The notes below the pieces were generated by a model. The model made no database searches. It was not told the origin of the DNA and worked only from the letters and a program-made list of their open reading frames with translations. The position numbers and the translations under genes are program-made. From Thecamonas trahens ATCC 50062 (taxonomy: Eukaryota > Protista > Apusomonadida), in assembly GCF_000142905.1 (NCBI RefSeq), contig NW_013657674.1:156709-220708 (forward strand): a stretch of DNA of 64,000 bases, written 5' to 3'. Shown here piece by piece: positions 44,434 to 55,591 of this stretch. How positions within the stretch are numbered: position 1 is the stretch's first letter; each line of letters opens with the position of its first letter.

Positions 44434-47400
44434 ATGGCCGACGACATGGAGGACGTGTTCGAGGCGCTGCCGGCGTTTGCCAACGACGAGAACAAGGCGC
44501 TCGACACCGAGCTGCGGGAGAAGGAGCGGTCGCTGCTGGGGCTCACGTACGATGTGGAGGACAATCACGAGCGGATTCGGGTCATGCTGGAGCACCTCAA
44601 GAATGTACGTGCCGAGCTGGCGAGCTCGCAGAAGCTGCTGGCGGCCAAGAACAAGGAGACCGAGACCGAGGACCACATGAAGCGGCTGGCGGAGCGCGAG
44701 ACCGGGCGGCTCAACATTGAGCTGCGCAAGACTGAGGCACGGGCACGTGAGTTGCGCGAGCGCATCAACCGGACCAAGAACGCCATTTTCAAGGGAGAGA
44801 AAAAGGTCGAGGCCATCCGTGACCAGATGAACTGGGACCAGGACGAACTCGACCAGTGGCTTGTCGCCTCCCGCCAAAAGGAGGAGGACTCGCTCCTGCT
44901 CCGCAAATACGCCAAGATCGACGACGCCAAGGTTCGCGAGCTCACGCTCCGGGTCGAGAAGCAGGCCAAAGCGGTCCAGGCCAAGCGCAAGGCGCTCGAG
45001 TTGGAGGTGACCGAGACCCAGGCGGCGCAGATCGAGCTCGACAAGACCGCCGAGGCCTTCCGCGCACTCCATGCCGAGCGGCAGAACCTCATTGTGCAGC
45101 TCGAAGAAGCGCTGGCCGCCGTCGAGGCCCGCGATGGCTCGCTCGAGTCGACAGCCACCAAGCTCGCCGACGTCAATGGCGCCGTCCGAGCCAAAGAGCG
45201 CGTGGTGGCCGAAAAGCGTGAGTTTCACGAGGCCGAGGTCTCCGCCAACGCCACCCTGCAAAAGGAGACCGACGCCGTCAACCGCGACGTCGGCGCGCTC
45301 CGCATCGCTATTCTCGACGGCAGGGCGGCTGTGACCGAGATGCAGGACCAGATCGAGACGCTCAAGGCCCACGTCACCGGCACCGCGTCCGATCTCTTCG
45401 CCAAGCGTGCTGAAGTCAAGGCCCTGACCGAGGAACTGGCTTCGGGCAAGACTCTCATCGAGGCCCGCAAGGTTGCCCGCGAGGCCGCCCGTGTCCGCTT
45501 TGAGCAGTCGTCGCTGGAGACCATGTCCATGGAGGACCGCGTCGCCGCCATCGAGCGCAACCACGAGGCTGAGGAGGCCCGGCTGGCCAAGCTCGACAAG
45601 GGCATCCACGACCAGAAGGACACGCTCTTCCGCGAGTCGCAGGTGCTCTTCAAGCTCCGTCAGACTGAGTCCAACCGCATTGCGGAGATCCAAGGGGCAC
45701 AGACGTCCAAGAAGACCCTCCTGGCCTCCATCAACAAGCTCGACGCGCAGTCGCTCAAGCAGCAAGAGCTCATCTACAACCAAGAGTTTCAGCTGCAGCA
45801 GCTCGAGCGCAAGGTCTCGCGTGCCCAGGGCGAGCGCTCCGACGAGGAGAAGATCGAGCTCAATGCACGCATCGCCGAGCTGCAGAAGGAGCTCGACGAG
45901 CAGAACTCGGTCAAGGCGCTCCTTCAGTCGCAGCTCAAAAAGGCCGAGAACGAAGCCCGCCGCGGGAAGCGCGCGCTCGAGGCCGGCACCAAGGAGGCCT
46001 CGGGCCTCACTACACGCATCGAAGAGCTGCAGCTCGACAACGCCTCGGCCGAGCGCATCGTCCGTGCTGCCGTCGAGCGCAAGGAGGAGCTCATGGTCCA
46101 GGTCAATCTCCTCAAACTCGACGTCAAGAAGATGGGCGAGATTCTGGCCGCCCGCGGTGATGAAGTCTTTGGCCTCGAGAATCGGAAGGAGCAGCTCCGC
46201 CTCTCCATGATCGAACGCATGGCGGAGATCAAGGCCGAGACCGACACCCTCCGCGCCCGCGCCAAGGTCGCAGAGGAGGAGCGCCATCGCGCCAAGCTCG
46301 AGCTCCGCGACAGACTCGTCCGCATCGAGAAGCTCTCGTCCAAGTACGACATTCTCTCCACAAAGTTTGCCGTGGCGCCTGGTGAGGAGGAGCGTTCGCA
46401 GGCGTTTTACGTCATCAAGGCTGCCCAAGACCGCGAAAAGCTGCTTCGTGAGGGTGACGAGATCAATGCCAAGATTGTGACGGCCGAAGCAGACATTGCC
46501 GCCCTCGAGGCGACCATGGCCGCCCTCTCGGCCTCCAACGAGAACTTCCAGGCCTCACTCCGCAAGGTCGACTCGTCCTCAGAAGAGTACGAGGCCAAGA
46601 TCGCCAAGGAGGACCAGTTCCGTGCTGTTGTCGACACTTACAAGCGTAAGCGCCGCCAGGTCCGCGACATGCAGGAGGAGCTCGCCGCGCTCGAAGACAC
46701 GCTTAGCCAGTGGCAGTCAACACACGCCGCCATGCTTGCAGACTACGACAGCGCCAACGCCGAGCTGGCCGACTACGACGCGCTCTTTGCCGATCAGGCC
46801 GCCAAGGAGGCCCGCGCCGTCAAGGCCATGAAGGACGCCGCCAAGTCGCACCGCGCTGACGCAGGCGCGCCAGCCGACGAGCAGACTATTGAGGAGCGTG
46901 ACTTTCTTCTCCGCGAGCTCAAGTCGTTCAACGCCGACATGCTCGCGTCGCTCAAGTCGCTCGTCGCCGCCTCACCCGCCCTCGCCGCCACCATCGAGGC
47001 TGACCTTATCATGCTCGGCATCGCCCTCCCGCCGGGTGAGCCGGCTCCGATCCGTAATCCGCTCGCCCGCGGCGACGCCGATGCCACCCGTCGCACACCG
47101 GCGAGCTCGACCTCGCGCTCCCGCTCGCGCTCGCACTCTTCCAGCTCGTCGTCGCGCGACTCGAGAGATCCCGGTCGCACCCGACGGACTCCTGCTCGCC
47201 CGACCTCGGCCTCGTCGTCGCGGTCGTTGTCGTCATCCCGTGGCCGCTCTGGCTCACGCCCGACCTCGGCCACTCGTCCGCCGTCGGGCTCGCGCCCGCG
47301 CTCTCGTGGCCGCTCACGCAGTCGTGGCCGCGGTCAGTCGGCCCCCCGCGGCCGCACCAGCTCGCGTTCGGCTTCGGCCTCAGGCTCGGCCTCAGGCTCG

Positions 47401-47556
47401 GCCTCAGGCTCGCGCTCGGCCACTCGCCGCGGCCGCGGCCGTGGCCGTGGCGCACGCCGCAAGCCGTCGTCGTCGTCGCGCCGCTCCTCACTCTCCTCGC
47501 AGGGATCAGCCTCGTCGACCAAGTCGGCTGTCTCGGTCGTCGATCTGCAGCTGTAG
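44434..47556 (+). CDS. CCDC39: Coiled-coil domain protein 39 (axonemal 96-nm ruler, FAP59)
   Basis: PAFANDENKAL, ETQAAQIELDKTAE, QQELIYNQEFQLQQLERK, SQAFYVIKAAQDREKL. Confidence 0.92.
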   Translation: MADDMEDVFEALPAFANDENKALDTELREKERSLLGLTYDVEDNHERIRVMLEHLKNVRAELASSQKLLAAKNKETETEDHMKRLAERETGRLNIELRKTEARARELRERINRTKNAIFKGEKKVEAIRDQMNWDQDELDQWLVASRQKEEDSLLLRKYAKIDDAKVRELTLRVEKQAKAVQAKRKALELEVTETQAAQIELDKTAEAFRALHAERQNLIVQLEEALAAVEARDGSLESTATKLADVNGAVRAKERVVAEKREFHEAEVSANATLQKETDAVNRDVGALRIAILDGRAAVTEMQDQIETLKAHVTGTASDLFAKRAEVKALTEELASGKTLIEARKVAREAARVRFEQSSLETMSMEDRVAAIERNHEAEEARLAKLDKGIHDQKDTLFRESQVLFKLRQTESNRIAEIQGAQTSKKTLLASINKLDAQSLKQQELIYNQEFQLQQLERKVSRAQGERSDEEKIELNARIAELQKELDEQNSVKALLQSQLKKAENEARRGKRALEAGTKEASGLTTRIEELQLDNASAERIVRAAVERKEELMVQVNLLKLDVKKMGEILAARGDEVFGLENRKEQLRLSMIERMAEIKAETDTLRARAKVAEEERHRAKLELRDRLVRIEKLSSKYDILSTKFAVAPGEEERSQAFYVIKAAQDREKLLREGDEINAKIVTAEADIAALEATMAALSASNENFQASLRKVDSSSEEYEAKIAKEDQFRAVVDTYKRKRRQVRDMQEELAALEDTLSQWQSTHAAMLADYDSANAELADYDALFADQAAKEARAVKAMKDAAKSHRADAGAPADEQTIEERDFLLRELKSFNADMLASLKSLVAASPALAATIEADLIMLGIALPPGEPAPIRNPLARGDADATRRTPASSTSRSRSRSHSSSSSSRDSRDPGRTRRTPARPTSASSSRSLSSSRGRSGSRPTSATRPPSGSRPRSRGRSRSRGRGQSAPRGRTSSRSASASGSASGSASGSRSATRRGRGRGRGARRKPSSSSRRSSLSSQGSASSTKSAVSVVDLQL

Positions 47557-47659
47557 CCCGTCTCGTCCGAGTAGTGAACAACAGGCGAGCACAGACACGC
47601 ACTCACTTGCCTCGCTGTCGCTGTTGGTTTGGCCAGCCAACACGCACCGCCGCAACGGT

Positions 47660-48880
47660 ATGGCTACACTCCGCAAGGCACTGTTCAATGCAACCGGCTA
47701 CGCCATGGCCATTCCGGGCATGTCTTTGGTCTACGCGCCGCGGACCGAACCGCGCAGCTCACGTGTGAGCGAAGCCGTGTTTGGTCACCGCAACGACGCG
47801 CCGTCGTGGTCCGATGACGGCTCCGAGATCGGCTCGGGTCTCGATCCGGACGCCATTCAGTCGTTACCTGCTCACGGGTGGGCCTGGGAGCCTGAGATCG
47901 ATGCGTGGACGCCGGCGCTCGCGCAGTTGGATGGTGGTCTTTCGGCCGAGGATCCGCTGCGCGTCGTCTCGTTCAACGTGCTCATGGACATGTTTGAGAA
48001 GTGGGTCTCGGGTGTGATACGCACACCTGAGAGGCACACGGCCATTGTGGCGTGGCTTGCCACGCTTGGTGCGCATGTGATCGTGCTCAACGAGGCTACG
48101 CCCGAGTTTGTCGCTCTTGTCGTAGCCGATCCTTACCTGCAGGCCAACTTTCGGCTCACCGAGGTCGACGGGGAGGCGCTGCACCCGCACGGTGTCCTCG
48201 TCCTTGTCGCCCACTCCATACCTGTGATATCGGTCCACAAGGTCTACTCGATGCTACTCTTGCGCAAGCGGTGCAGGATCAAGGAAAAGGCAGCACGGCC
48301 GGTGGTGGTGGTCAGGATCGCGCTGCCATCCGGCCTTGTCCTCGGCGTGTGCGGCGTCCACCTTGCGTCGCGAGTGAAGGAGATTGCGCAGCGTCGACAG
48401 CAGCTCCGAGATCTGTTCCGGCTCTTTGCGCTTGGCACATCACCGACCGGGGGCGATGGGCCGGGAGTCCTCGGTGTACACCAAGCGCTCATCGTCGGCG
48501 ATCTCAACATGCACAGCGAGGGTGAGAACACTATGATTGCAGCTCCGTACGCCGACGCATGGCTGGCCGTCAACGAGGAGGTGCCACTCACAGCCTCGTG
48601 CACTTGGGATGGCGAGACAAATAAGCTCATTCAGGCAATGCTCCTCGGGACTGACAAGCGCAAGATGCGGCTCGATCGCATGCTCTTGTCGGCTCCACTC
48701 GCCCCGGCCGATGATGGCAGCGGCCGAGCGCCAGGGCAGGCTCTCGAAGTCACCGCCATGGAGATCATCGGCAGAGAAGAGCGAGTCCCTGATACTGATC
48801 TGACGCTCTCGGACCACTATGGCCTCCTCGCCGAGTTCTCCATTGCGCCCGTCGCCCCATCCGACAACAACGACCATTGA
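47660..48880 (+). CDS. Endonuclease/exonuclease/phosphatase family enzyme, TDP2-like
   Basis: VVSFNVL, VLNEAT, GVHLAS, IVGDLN, TWD..RLDR, SDHYGL. Confidence 0.85.
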   Translation: MATLRKALFNATGYAMAIPGMSLVYAPRTEPRSSRVSEAVFGHRNDAPSWSDDGSEIGSGLDPDAIQSLPAHGWAWEPEIDAWTPALAQLDGGLSAEDPLRVVSFNVLMDMFEKWVSGVIRTPERHTAIVAWLATLGAHVIVLNEATPEFVALVVADPYLQANFRLTEVDGEALHPHGVLVLVAHSIPVISVHKVYSMLLLRKRCRIKEKAARPVVVVRIALPSGLVLGVCGVHLASRVKEIAQRRQQLRDLFRLFALGTSPTGGDGPGVLGVHQALIVGDLNMHSEGENTMIAAPYADAWLAVNEEVPLTASCTWDGETNKLIQAMLLGTDKRKMRLDRMLLSAPLAPADDGSGRAPGQALEVTAMEIIGREERVPDTDLTLSDHYGLLAEFSIAPVAPSDNNDH

Positions 48881-48990
48881 ACTGGCTCACCAAGTGTCTT
48901 GCCCTGCCCAGTCCGAGCCAACTCGCTCGCACTTGGCCACACACACACACGATCACAACTCAAACCACGCACCTCACTCGCCATCCTCCT

Positions 48991-50337
48991 ATGGACGACG
49001 CATGGCGAGAGGCCCGCGAGGCACACGTGGCTGGGCTCAGCGGCTCACCACTCTGGGTCGTTTGTGCGGTCTCGCTGGTCCTCCCTGTGGCGGCGGCGGC
49101 GTCGATGGCTATGAGCCGCTGGCCGGTGGCGGCGTACGCGGTCCGGGTCTTCCTGCTCCCACCGGGCCTGCTGCAAGCAGGAGTAATTGTTGCTGTTGCA
49201 GTATGCGCGTGGGCTGGAGGCGGTCGCCTCGGCCTGGTGCCTGTGGCACGTGGGAAGGTGGCGGCACTCTCGACGTACCGGGCTATGGTGATGGTGGCGA
49301 CGGCGGTGGCCATCCTCGCCGTCGACTTTGACGCCTTTCCGCGGATGTATGCCAAGACCGAAGTCCACGGTGTCTCGCTGATGGATGTGGGCGTGGGATC
49401 GTTTGTCTTTTCCAAGGGCATGGTCACGCCGCCGGAGCGCAAGGCCACGCTGGGTGCCTTTGTCGCCAACCTCGCGCCACTCCTGGTCATGGCCAACATC
49501 CGCCTGGTTGTCCACAAGGCCATTGGCTACCAGGAGCATGTCTCCGAGTATGGAGTCCACCTCTCGTTCTACCACACCCTCTGTGGCATCCTCGTGGTGG
49601 CTTGGACTCTGCCGCGCATGTCGCGCGCCGCCGCCGCCGCTCTCGGCCTCGCCGCCGCCGCTGCCTACCAGCTGGCGTTGACCGGCTACGACTCCGGTGC
49701 GCTGCAGGCGTATCTGCTGGACCCGGATCCGGTGTCGCGGACTACCTCGTTTGCTGCCGCCAACCGCGAGGGCCTCTACTCGCTCGGCGGCTATGCCGGC
49801 CTCTTGCTGCTGGGCATGGGCGTGGGTGCTGGGCGGAACCTGGCGTCGCCGCGGCGGCTACTTGCCATCGCCGCTGCCGCTTGGGCCGTATATGCCGGTC
49901 TGGTTCTTGGCTTTGGTCTGCAGGCCTCGCGCCGCCTGGCCAATGGGCCGTACATTGCGTGGATCGTGGCCCACAACGTCTCGCTCCTGGCGGCGCTCGT
50001 CGCGCTCCACGCCTACGGCGGCCGCGGCGCGTGGAAGCAAGCCATCTCGCCTGCTGTGGCCTTTGTCAACGGCCACCAGCTGCTCTTTTTCATCCTCGCC
50101 AACCTCGGCACCGGCATCGTCAACCTCTCCATTGACACCCTCTCTTTCGGGCCAACCTTTGCTCTGATCGTTGTCTCCTGCTACATCCTAGCGGTGCCTC
50201 TGGTCGTATCCGCAGCCTCCTCCGCCATCGGCCTCGTCTTCTCCACGCCTACCTCCACACCCACCAGCCCAATCTATACTTCTCCAGCTACCGACTGCCG
50301 CGGTCCCGGCAGCGGCCAAAAGAAGCGGAATACATGA
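48991..50337 (+). CDS. PIGW: GPI inositol acyltransferase (GWT1)
   Basis: AILAVDF..FPRMYAKTE..SLMDVGVGSFVFS, YQEHVSEYGVH, ANREG, SRRLAN. Confidence 0.92.
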   Translation: MDDAWREAREAHVAGLSGSPLWVVCAVSLVLPVAAAASMAMSRWPVAAYAVRVFLLPPGLLQAGVIVAVAVCAWAGGGRLGLVPVARGKVAALSTYRAMVMVATAVAILAVDFDAFPRMYAKTEVHGVSLMDVGVGSFVFSKGMVTPPERKATLGAFVANLAPLLVMANIRLVVHKAIGYQEHVSEYGVHLSFYHTLCGILVVAWTLPRMSRAAAAALGLAAAAAYQLALTGYDSGALQAYLLDPDPVSRTTSFAAANREGLYSLGGYAGLLLLGMGVGAGRNLASPRRLLAIAAAAWAVYAGLVLGFGLQASRRLANGPYIAWIVAHNVSLLAALVALHAYGGRGAWKQAISPAVAFVNGHQLLFFILANLGTGIVNLSIDTLSFGPTFALIVVSCYILAVPLVVSAASSAIGLVFSTPTSTPTSPIYTSPATDCRGPGSGQKKRNT

Positions 50338-50591
50338 CCCATACGTGCCCCCCCCCCCCCCTCCATCCCATCTAAAGGGAAAATTGCGCCGCCCGAAGAT
50401 AATAATTACTCGTGAGCAATGATGAATGGAAACCAACGCCCTCACGTGCCAACCAGATCCTCTCCTCCCCGCATACCACACCACCGACCCACCCCAACCA
50501 CATCCAAACACCCACCCCGACAACCATAATCACACTTGACCCGAACACACACACACACACGCACACACACATACACATACCCGTTCTGCTC

Positions 50592-52123
50592 ATGGCATCC
50601 GTCGGTGGCGGTGGAAGCGGCAGCGGTGGCGGGGCACGGGGCAGGGTGGGCGGAAGCAGCCGGCTTTCGGGCGAGGAGCATCACGGGCAAGGTGGAGAGA
50701 GGGCATTGGCAACAGAGTCTGAGCATTACGTACAACCACGTATGTCCTGGAGAATGACAGAAGACTCGGACACAGGCCAGCCGTGGGCCTCAACCGCTCC
50801 GCTGGCGGTGCCGACGCACACAGAACCGGTCGTGCCGCCGGCTGGCGTACTCCAGCCGCAGCCCAACCCGGCGTACCTCTCAGAAGACGATGATGGCATG
50901 GATTATGCTGGTGCATCTGATGCACCCCAAGCAAGTACGGGCCCGAGCGCCGGTCTGGGTGGAGCAGACAGAGCAGCGGCCCCGCTGGCGGTGGCGGCAG
51001 CGGCGGCGGCTCCGGGTGAACGCCGCACCGGGGAGCTGGGCGCGGCCGCGCCAGCGGCGGATGGCAATGAGGTGCAGGAGCCTGTGAGCGCAGTGGATGC
51101 CACGGTCGGGTTCCTGAAGCGGACGCTGTTCTTCCTCTTTCTGCTGGGCGTCTCGCAGATGGCGATCAACGTGGCGTACACGTACCTCACCGGCGAGGAC
51201 GCGACGCAAACCTTGCTCTCTGTCCTCTCTCCGATCCTGGTGACGATTGGCTATGTGGGGGTGCGGTCGCGGTCGCAGATCACCATCATGGTCTGGCTCT
51301 GCATCCAGTCGTGCACACTCTGCTGTTCCATCATGGCGCTTGTCGCGCTGCTGGCAGCCATTGTCTCGTACGCGTCACCTGTCGACTCGGGCTCCAACTC
51401 TCAGGACCTGACGCCAACCCACGACAAGTCGCCAGACGAGCGGACTGACGCTGCGCTCGGCGTGGCCGAGATTTTTATTGCAATTGCTTCGTTCCTCCTG
51501 CAGTCGATGGCGTGCATGATGGGCCTGCGCCTCAACGGGCTGCTCTCCGCGCCGGCTACCGGCACACTGACGCAAGCCACACTGACCATCAACTGGCCAG
51601 CGTTCGCCGGCGGCATGGCGGCGGCCTCTGGCGGCCGCCACCTCTCGCGGTACATGACGGTACTCGGCGACCAGATCCCTTTGCAGCGCCGTATCAGGCG
51701 AACGCCGACAACGACGCCGACGACGCCGCGGGCGTCACGCCGGAATGTGCTCCCCTGCTGGCGCTTCCGCCTCCCGCGCCCATCACAGTCTACGGCCCGG
51801 GCTCCCAGCTCCTTGGCCTCGCCGACGCGACTTGGCAGCAGGCCGCCGACCCGCTGCTCATTCCTGACTCACGCATGGGCGAGTACTTTGCGGCCAAGAG
51901 CGCAAGCCACGCACCGGCCACTCCTGACGTCGCAGCTGCCAGCAACGACACCGGCCTGGTGCCAGCTCTGGAGAGCGAGCCTTTCGGCGACGATGATGAT
52001 GATCTGGTGGCGAACACCTCTCGCTTTGAGTCGCTGTCATGCTCGGACGAGTCGGCCGAGTCAGATTTGAAGGCGGCGCCTCTCTCGGCCTCGACGCTGT
52101 TTGTGACTATACAAGACGAATGA
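50592..52123 (+). CDS. Four-TM membrane protein with acidic disordered termini; frame break near 51677
   Basis: Four hydrophobic helices; the coding-biased frame switches to PFAAPYQANADND...TIQDE* if one base is added at ccc/ttt. Confidence 0.55.
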
Positions 52124-52138
52124 AGCAGTGCCTTTCAT

Positions 52139-54430
52139 TCAAAACGCGAGGGAGTCCTGGCGTGGGACCAGCGGGCCCGTACCCGAGCCCGGCGCGGCGT
52201 TGACCGACGCCCGGCCGGTAGCGATCCGCAGCGGAGAACGGCCGATTTGCTCCTGCTGCTGCTGGTGCTGCGACGCCAGAAACTGAAGCCGCCGGTCGTC
52301 ATCAGCGAGTTCGTCTTCGATGGAGCGAATGGCCTTGGACGGTGTGCCGGTCGACTCCGACGGCGCCGAGCCGAGGCCGACCGGTGCGCGGTACCACGGC
52401 GAGGCGTGGCTTGCGGGTGGGTCGTGACTGGGAGCGGGACGATGCGATGACGACCGCGAGCTGCGGTGGCGTGATGACCGGTGCGATGAGCCGTGATGAT
52501 GTGTGCGACGCGACGATGACGAGCTCTTGTCCTTAGCCTTGGCTTTGTGCGAGCGCGAGCTGCGCGAGCGCGACTTGCGCGAGCGAGAGCTGCGCGAATG
52601 CGACTTGCGCGAGCGAGTGTGCGAGTGCGAGTGGGTGTGGGTGTGCGACGGAGTCTTGACCTGCGGAGGCGACGACGCTGTCGACGACGAGGAGGCCCGA
52701 CGCGGAGCCTGTGCCGGAGTGAGCGGGGTAGCGGTCTCGAGCGGAACCGGCCGCTGCGGCGGCGTGGTCGGGTTGAGCGTCGAGGTCCGGACGGCATCGA
52801 TGCCGGGTGACGTATCGTCGTCAAACGACCAGAGCGCGGCGCCGGCGCTTGGGGAAGCCACGAGCGCAACCTGGGCAGGTGAGAGCGGCGGGGCCGTGCG
52901 GACCGCCTCCTTCAGCGGAGGCCGGAACGCCGACGGCGAGAGCGCAGCGAGCTGGGCTAGCGCCTGGCGCTCGCGGGCGGCGGCAACGAGCGCGTCGCGG
53001 GCGCGGACGGCGACAGCGTCGGCAGCGCGGAGGACAGCGTCGGCCTTGCCCGGCGAGACGCGGCGTGACGGAGAAGCCGCCGGCGAGGCTCGGATCTGGG
53101 CGCGGAGCGCCTCGTTCTCGGCCACCAGCAGCTCGATCTCATGCTCGAGCTGGGCGTTTGTCTCGAGGAGCTCAAACTCGGAGCGAGAGGGTGAGACCAC
53201 GCGGCGGACGGGCGAGGTGGCGACAGCGTGGAGCCGGGCCTCGAGGCGCGACTTGGCCTGCTCGAGGGCGCGGATGCGGTCGCGGGCGGCGTTGAGCTCG
53301 GCGTGGGCCGAGGCGAGGCGGGCAGCCATGGACTTGTCAGCGTCGGTCTCGTCGTAGTTGATGTGGGCGCGGGCCTCGACCCGCATGGCGCGCTGGCCAA
53401 ACTGCAGTGAGCTGACCGACTCGTGGGCCGAGGTCACGGCCGGCCCAATGTTGACGATGAGGGCGGTGACGCAGTTGCCGCCAAGCGAGTCCTGGAGAAG
53501 GCGGGTGAGCTTGGAGTCGCGATAGGGAATGTAGCTGACACCGGGGTCGGCGAGCGAGGCGATGACGTTGCCGAGCGCTGTGAGCGACTTGTTGATAAAC
53601 TTGGCCTCGTCGAGACGGGCGCCGCGGGAGCGCGACTTTTTGACTCGCTCCGAGCCTGCAAGGTCGACGCAAGTAAAGACGCCGTGGGTTCGCGAGCCGC
53701 TAAATGGGTCGCGTCGCGAGACCTCGAGCCGCAGAATGGTGTGCGCCCGCGACGAGACATCGTTGAGCCGGGTCGACTCGATAGCGCGGCGCGCGTAGCC
53801 AATGTCGAGCAGCTCGAGGACGGCGTCGACCGAGTCGACCGGATGCTTGGACAATCCCTGGACGTAGACGGCGCCGCCCTTGAGCTGGCGGATAGAGAGC
53901 GGCGGGGCGGTGTCAGGCGCGCGGCGAGCGAGCAAGTCCTGCGGCGCGTCGCGATAGAGCTGGAGCAGCGAGAGAACGACACGGACGTCCTGGTCAGGGT
54001 GCGCGGCGGCGTAGGAGAAGATGTGGGCCACAGCGCGCGGAATAATGCCGGCCTCGGCGAGTGGCTCGAGCTTGGCCAGCGTGTGGGTCTTGCCGGTCCC
54101 GGTCTGGCCGTAGGCAAGGACAGTCCCATTGCGGCCTTCGAGGACAGCCTCGACGACGGGGGCGGCGACGGCGGCGTACACCGCATCCTGCGGCGTGGTG
54201 GTATCAAACACAGCATCGTAGGCAAACGAGTAGACCCGCGCATCCCACGGCGTCTCCAGCGCAAGCGACGCTGATGCAGGCTCCAGCACCACGCACTTGT
54301 GTGCCTTGCCGCCGTCGGGCCCGCCGGCCAGCTCCACGCCCACCAGCGGGCGGACACGGACAAAGACAGAGACCCGGTCGTCCGAGTTGGCCAGTGCCCT
54401 CGCAGACGTCGACACTCTTCCGCGCCGCAT
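52139..54430 (-). CDS. Kinesin with an N-terminal motor, a coiled coil and an RS/His-rich tail
   Basis: VFVRVRP, YGQTGTGKT, SSRAH, DLAGSER, IPYRDSKLTRLLQDSLGG. Confidence 0.92.
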   Translation of the reverse strand: MRRGRVSTSARALANSDDRVSVFVRVRPLVGVELAGGPDGGKAHKCVVLEPASASLALETPWDARVYSFAYDAVFDTTTPQDAVYAAVAAPVVEAVLEGRNGTVLAYGQTGTGKTHTLAKLEPLAEAGIIPRAVAHIFSYAAAHPDQDVRVVLSLLQLYRDAPQDLLARRAPDTAPPLSIRQLKGGAVYVQGLSKHPVDSVDAVLELLDIGYARRAIESTRLNDVSSRAHTILRLEVSRRDPFSGSRTHGVFTCVDLAGSERVKKSRSRGARLDEAKFINKSLTALGNVIASLADPGVSYIPYRDSKLTRLLQDSLGGNCVTALIVNIGPAVTSAHESVSSLQFGQRAMRVEARAHINYDETDADKSMAARLASAHAELNAARDRIRALEQAKSRLEARLHAVATSPVRRVVSPSRSEFELLETNAQLEHEIELLVAENEALRAQIRASPAASPSRRVSPGKADAVLRAADAVAVRARDALVAAARERQALAQLAALSPSAFRPPLKEAVRTAPPLSPAQVALVASPSAGAALWSFDDDTSPGIDAVRTSTLNPTTPPQRPVPLETATPLTPAQAPRRASSSSTASSPPQVKTPSHTHTHSHSHTRSRKSHSRSSRSRKSRSRSSRSHKAKAKDKSSSSSRRTHHHGSSHRSSRHRSSRSSSHRPAPSHDPPASHASPWYRAPVGLGSAPSESTGTPSKAIRSIEDELADDDRRLQFLASQHQQQQEQIGRSPLRIATGRASVNAAPGSGTGPLVPRQDSLAF

Positions 54431-54545
54431 GCTGTCCTTGGTGTTGAGAGTGCGTGCCAGCGTGCAGAGTGAGCTGGCCAGGCTGAGGCTAGGGTTACCC
54501 CCCCCCCCCCCCCCCCCCCCCCCGGGCCTCTACCTGGCGCGATAG

Positions 54546-54579
54546 CCGGCCGCCAAACCGGCCGCCAAACCGGCCGCCA
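54546..54579. promoter_or_regulatory. Three-copy 12-nt repeat (ccggccgccaaa) containing E2F-like TTTGGCGG on the minus strand
   Basis: Lies between the divergent kinesin and uL11m genes. Confidence 0.3.
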
Positions 54580-54862
54580 TACCAACCAGCACACGAGACG
54601 GTCAACAGTACTGATGGCCAGTGTCTGTGCCGGTACACATGCATGTCCACACATCTAGAAGAACTGCTACATAAAAAGTACACGTCGGGGCTGTGCGTAG
54701 AGTCTTCCACCCCACCCGATGGTGGGTGCAGCTTGATTGTGGTCGCCGCCGGCGTGGCTGCCGTAGTAAGGGGAGGTGGTCACCCGCTGGTGTCAGTCCC
54801 AAGACTCCCCCGCCAGCCCGCAGAGGGATACTCTCGTCTTCGCATCCCCCACTGGCAACAGG

Positions 54863-55591
54863 ATGGCGCGTCGTGCGGCAGCAGCCCTCAAGAGCCTGCT
54901 GAAGCTGCGTATCCCTGCAGGCGGCGCATCTGCAGCTCCACCGACAGGCCCTGCCCTCGGTCAGGCCGGTGTCAACATCATGGAGTTCTGCAAGGACTTC
55001 AATGCCCGCTCGGGGCATCTGGTGAAGGACACGCCCGTGCCCGTCGTCGTCAAGGTCTTCGAGGACAGGACCTTTGAGTTCACCACAGGTCCCCCTCCCA
55101 CCTCCTTCTTCCTCAAGCGCGTACGTCCCTCTCCTTTCAGCCCCTCTCCTGCCATGCCCACTCCCTGTGCCCCCCTATCCCCGCCCTCGCTCGCCCCGTG
55201 GTGGATCGTGCTGCGTCGCCTCGCCTCGCCCTCGGCCTACTTTGCCCGCCTGCCGCCGCCCGCGAGCACCCCCCCCCCCCCTCGCTCGCTCATGGCTCTT
55301 GATTGGTGTTTTCTGGAGCAGCAAGGTTTGGGCTCGGTGTTAGCACAGGGCGATGATGCGGGTTGCAGACGCAATGGTACTCACGCGGGCGGATGATGAG
55401 CTGTGTAGGCGGCCGGGATCGACAAGGGTGCGTCCAAGCCAGGACACGAGGTGGCTGGACAAGTCTCGCTCAAGCAGGTCTACGAGATCGCCAAGATCAA
55501 GCACACAGACCCGCGCCAGTCGCTGGAGGGCCTCTGCCGCTCAATCATCGGTTCGGCGCGGTCCATGGGCATCGAGGTCATCCGCAAGTAG
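54863..55591 (+). CDS. MRPL11: Mitochondrial ribosomal protein uL11m, 2 exons: 54863-55120 and 55409-55591
   Basis: [22 protein letters not shown]; splicing GTACGT..TAG gives FFLKR-AAGIDKG; [15 protein letters not shown]. Confidence 0.93.

Noticed and set aside
44413-46428. Long antisense and alternative-frame ORFs (for example 671 aa opposite CCDC39, and 21042-22496, 58992-60569, 60892-62184)
   Set aside because: These are shadow ORFs expected from high GC3 and scarce stop codons; they have no motifs of their own
47660-48880. EEP domain as a LINE retrotransposon endonuclease
   Set aside because: No reverse transcriptase, poly(A) tail or target-site duplication; the motifs fit a cellular TDP2-like enzyme
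36237-50337. ALG3 and PIG-W as a glycosylation gene cluster
   Set aside because: They are over 11 kb apart with unrelated genes between them and act in different pathways
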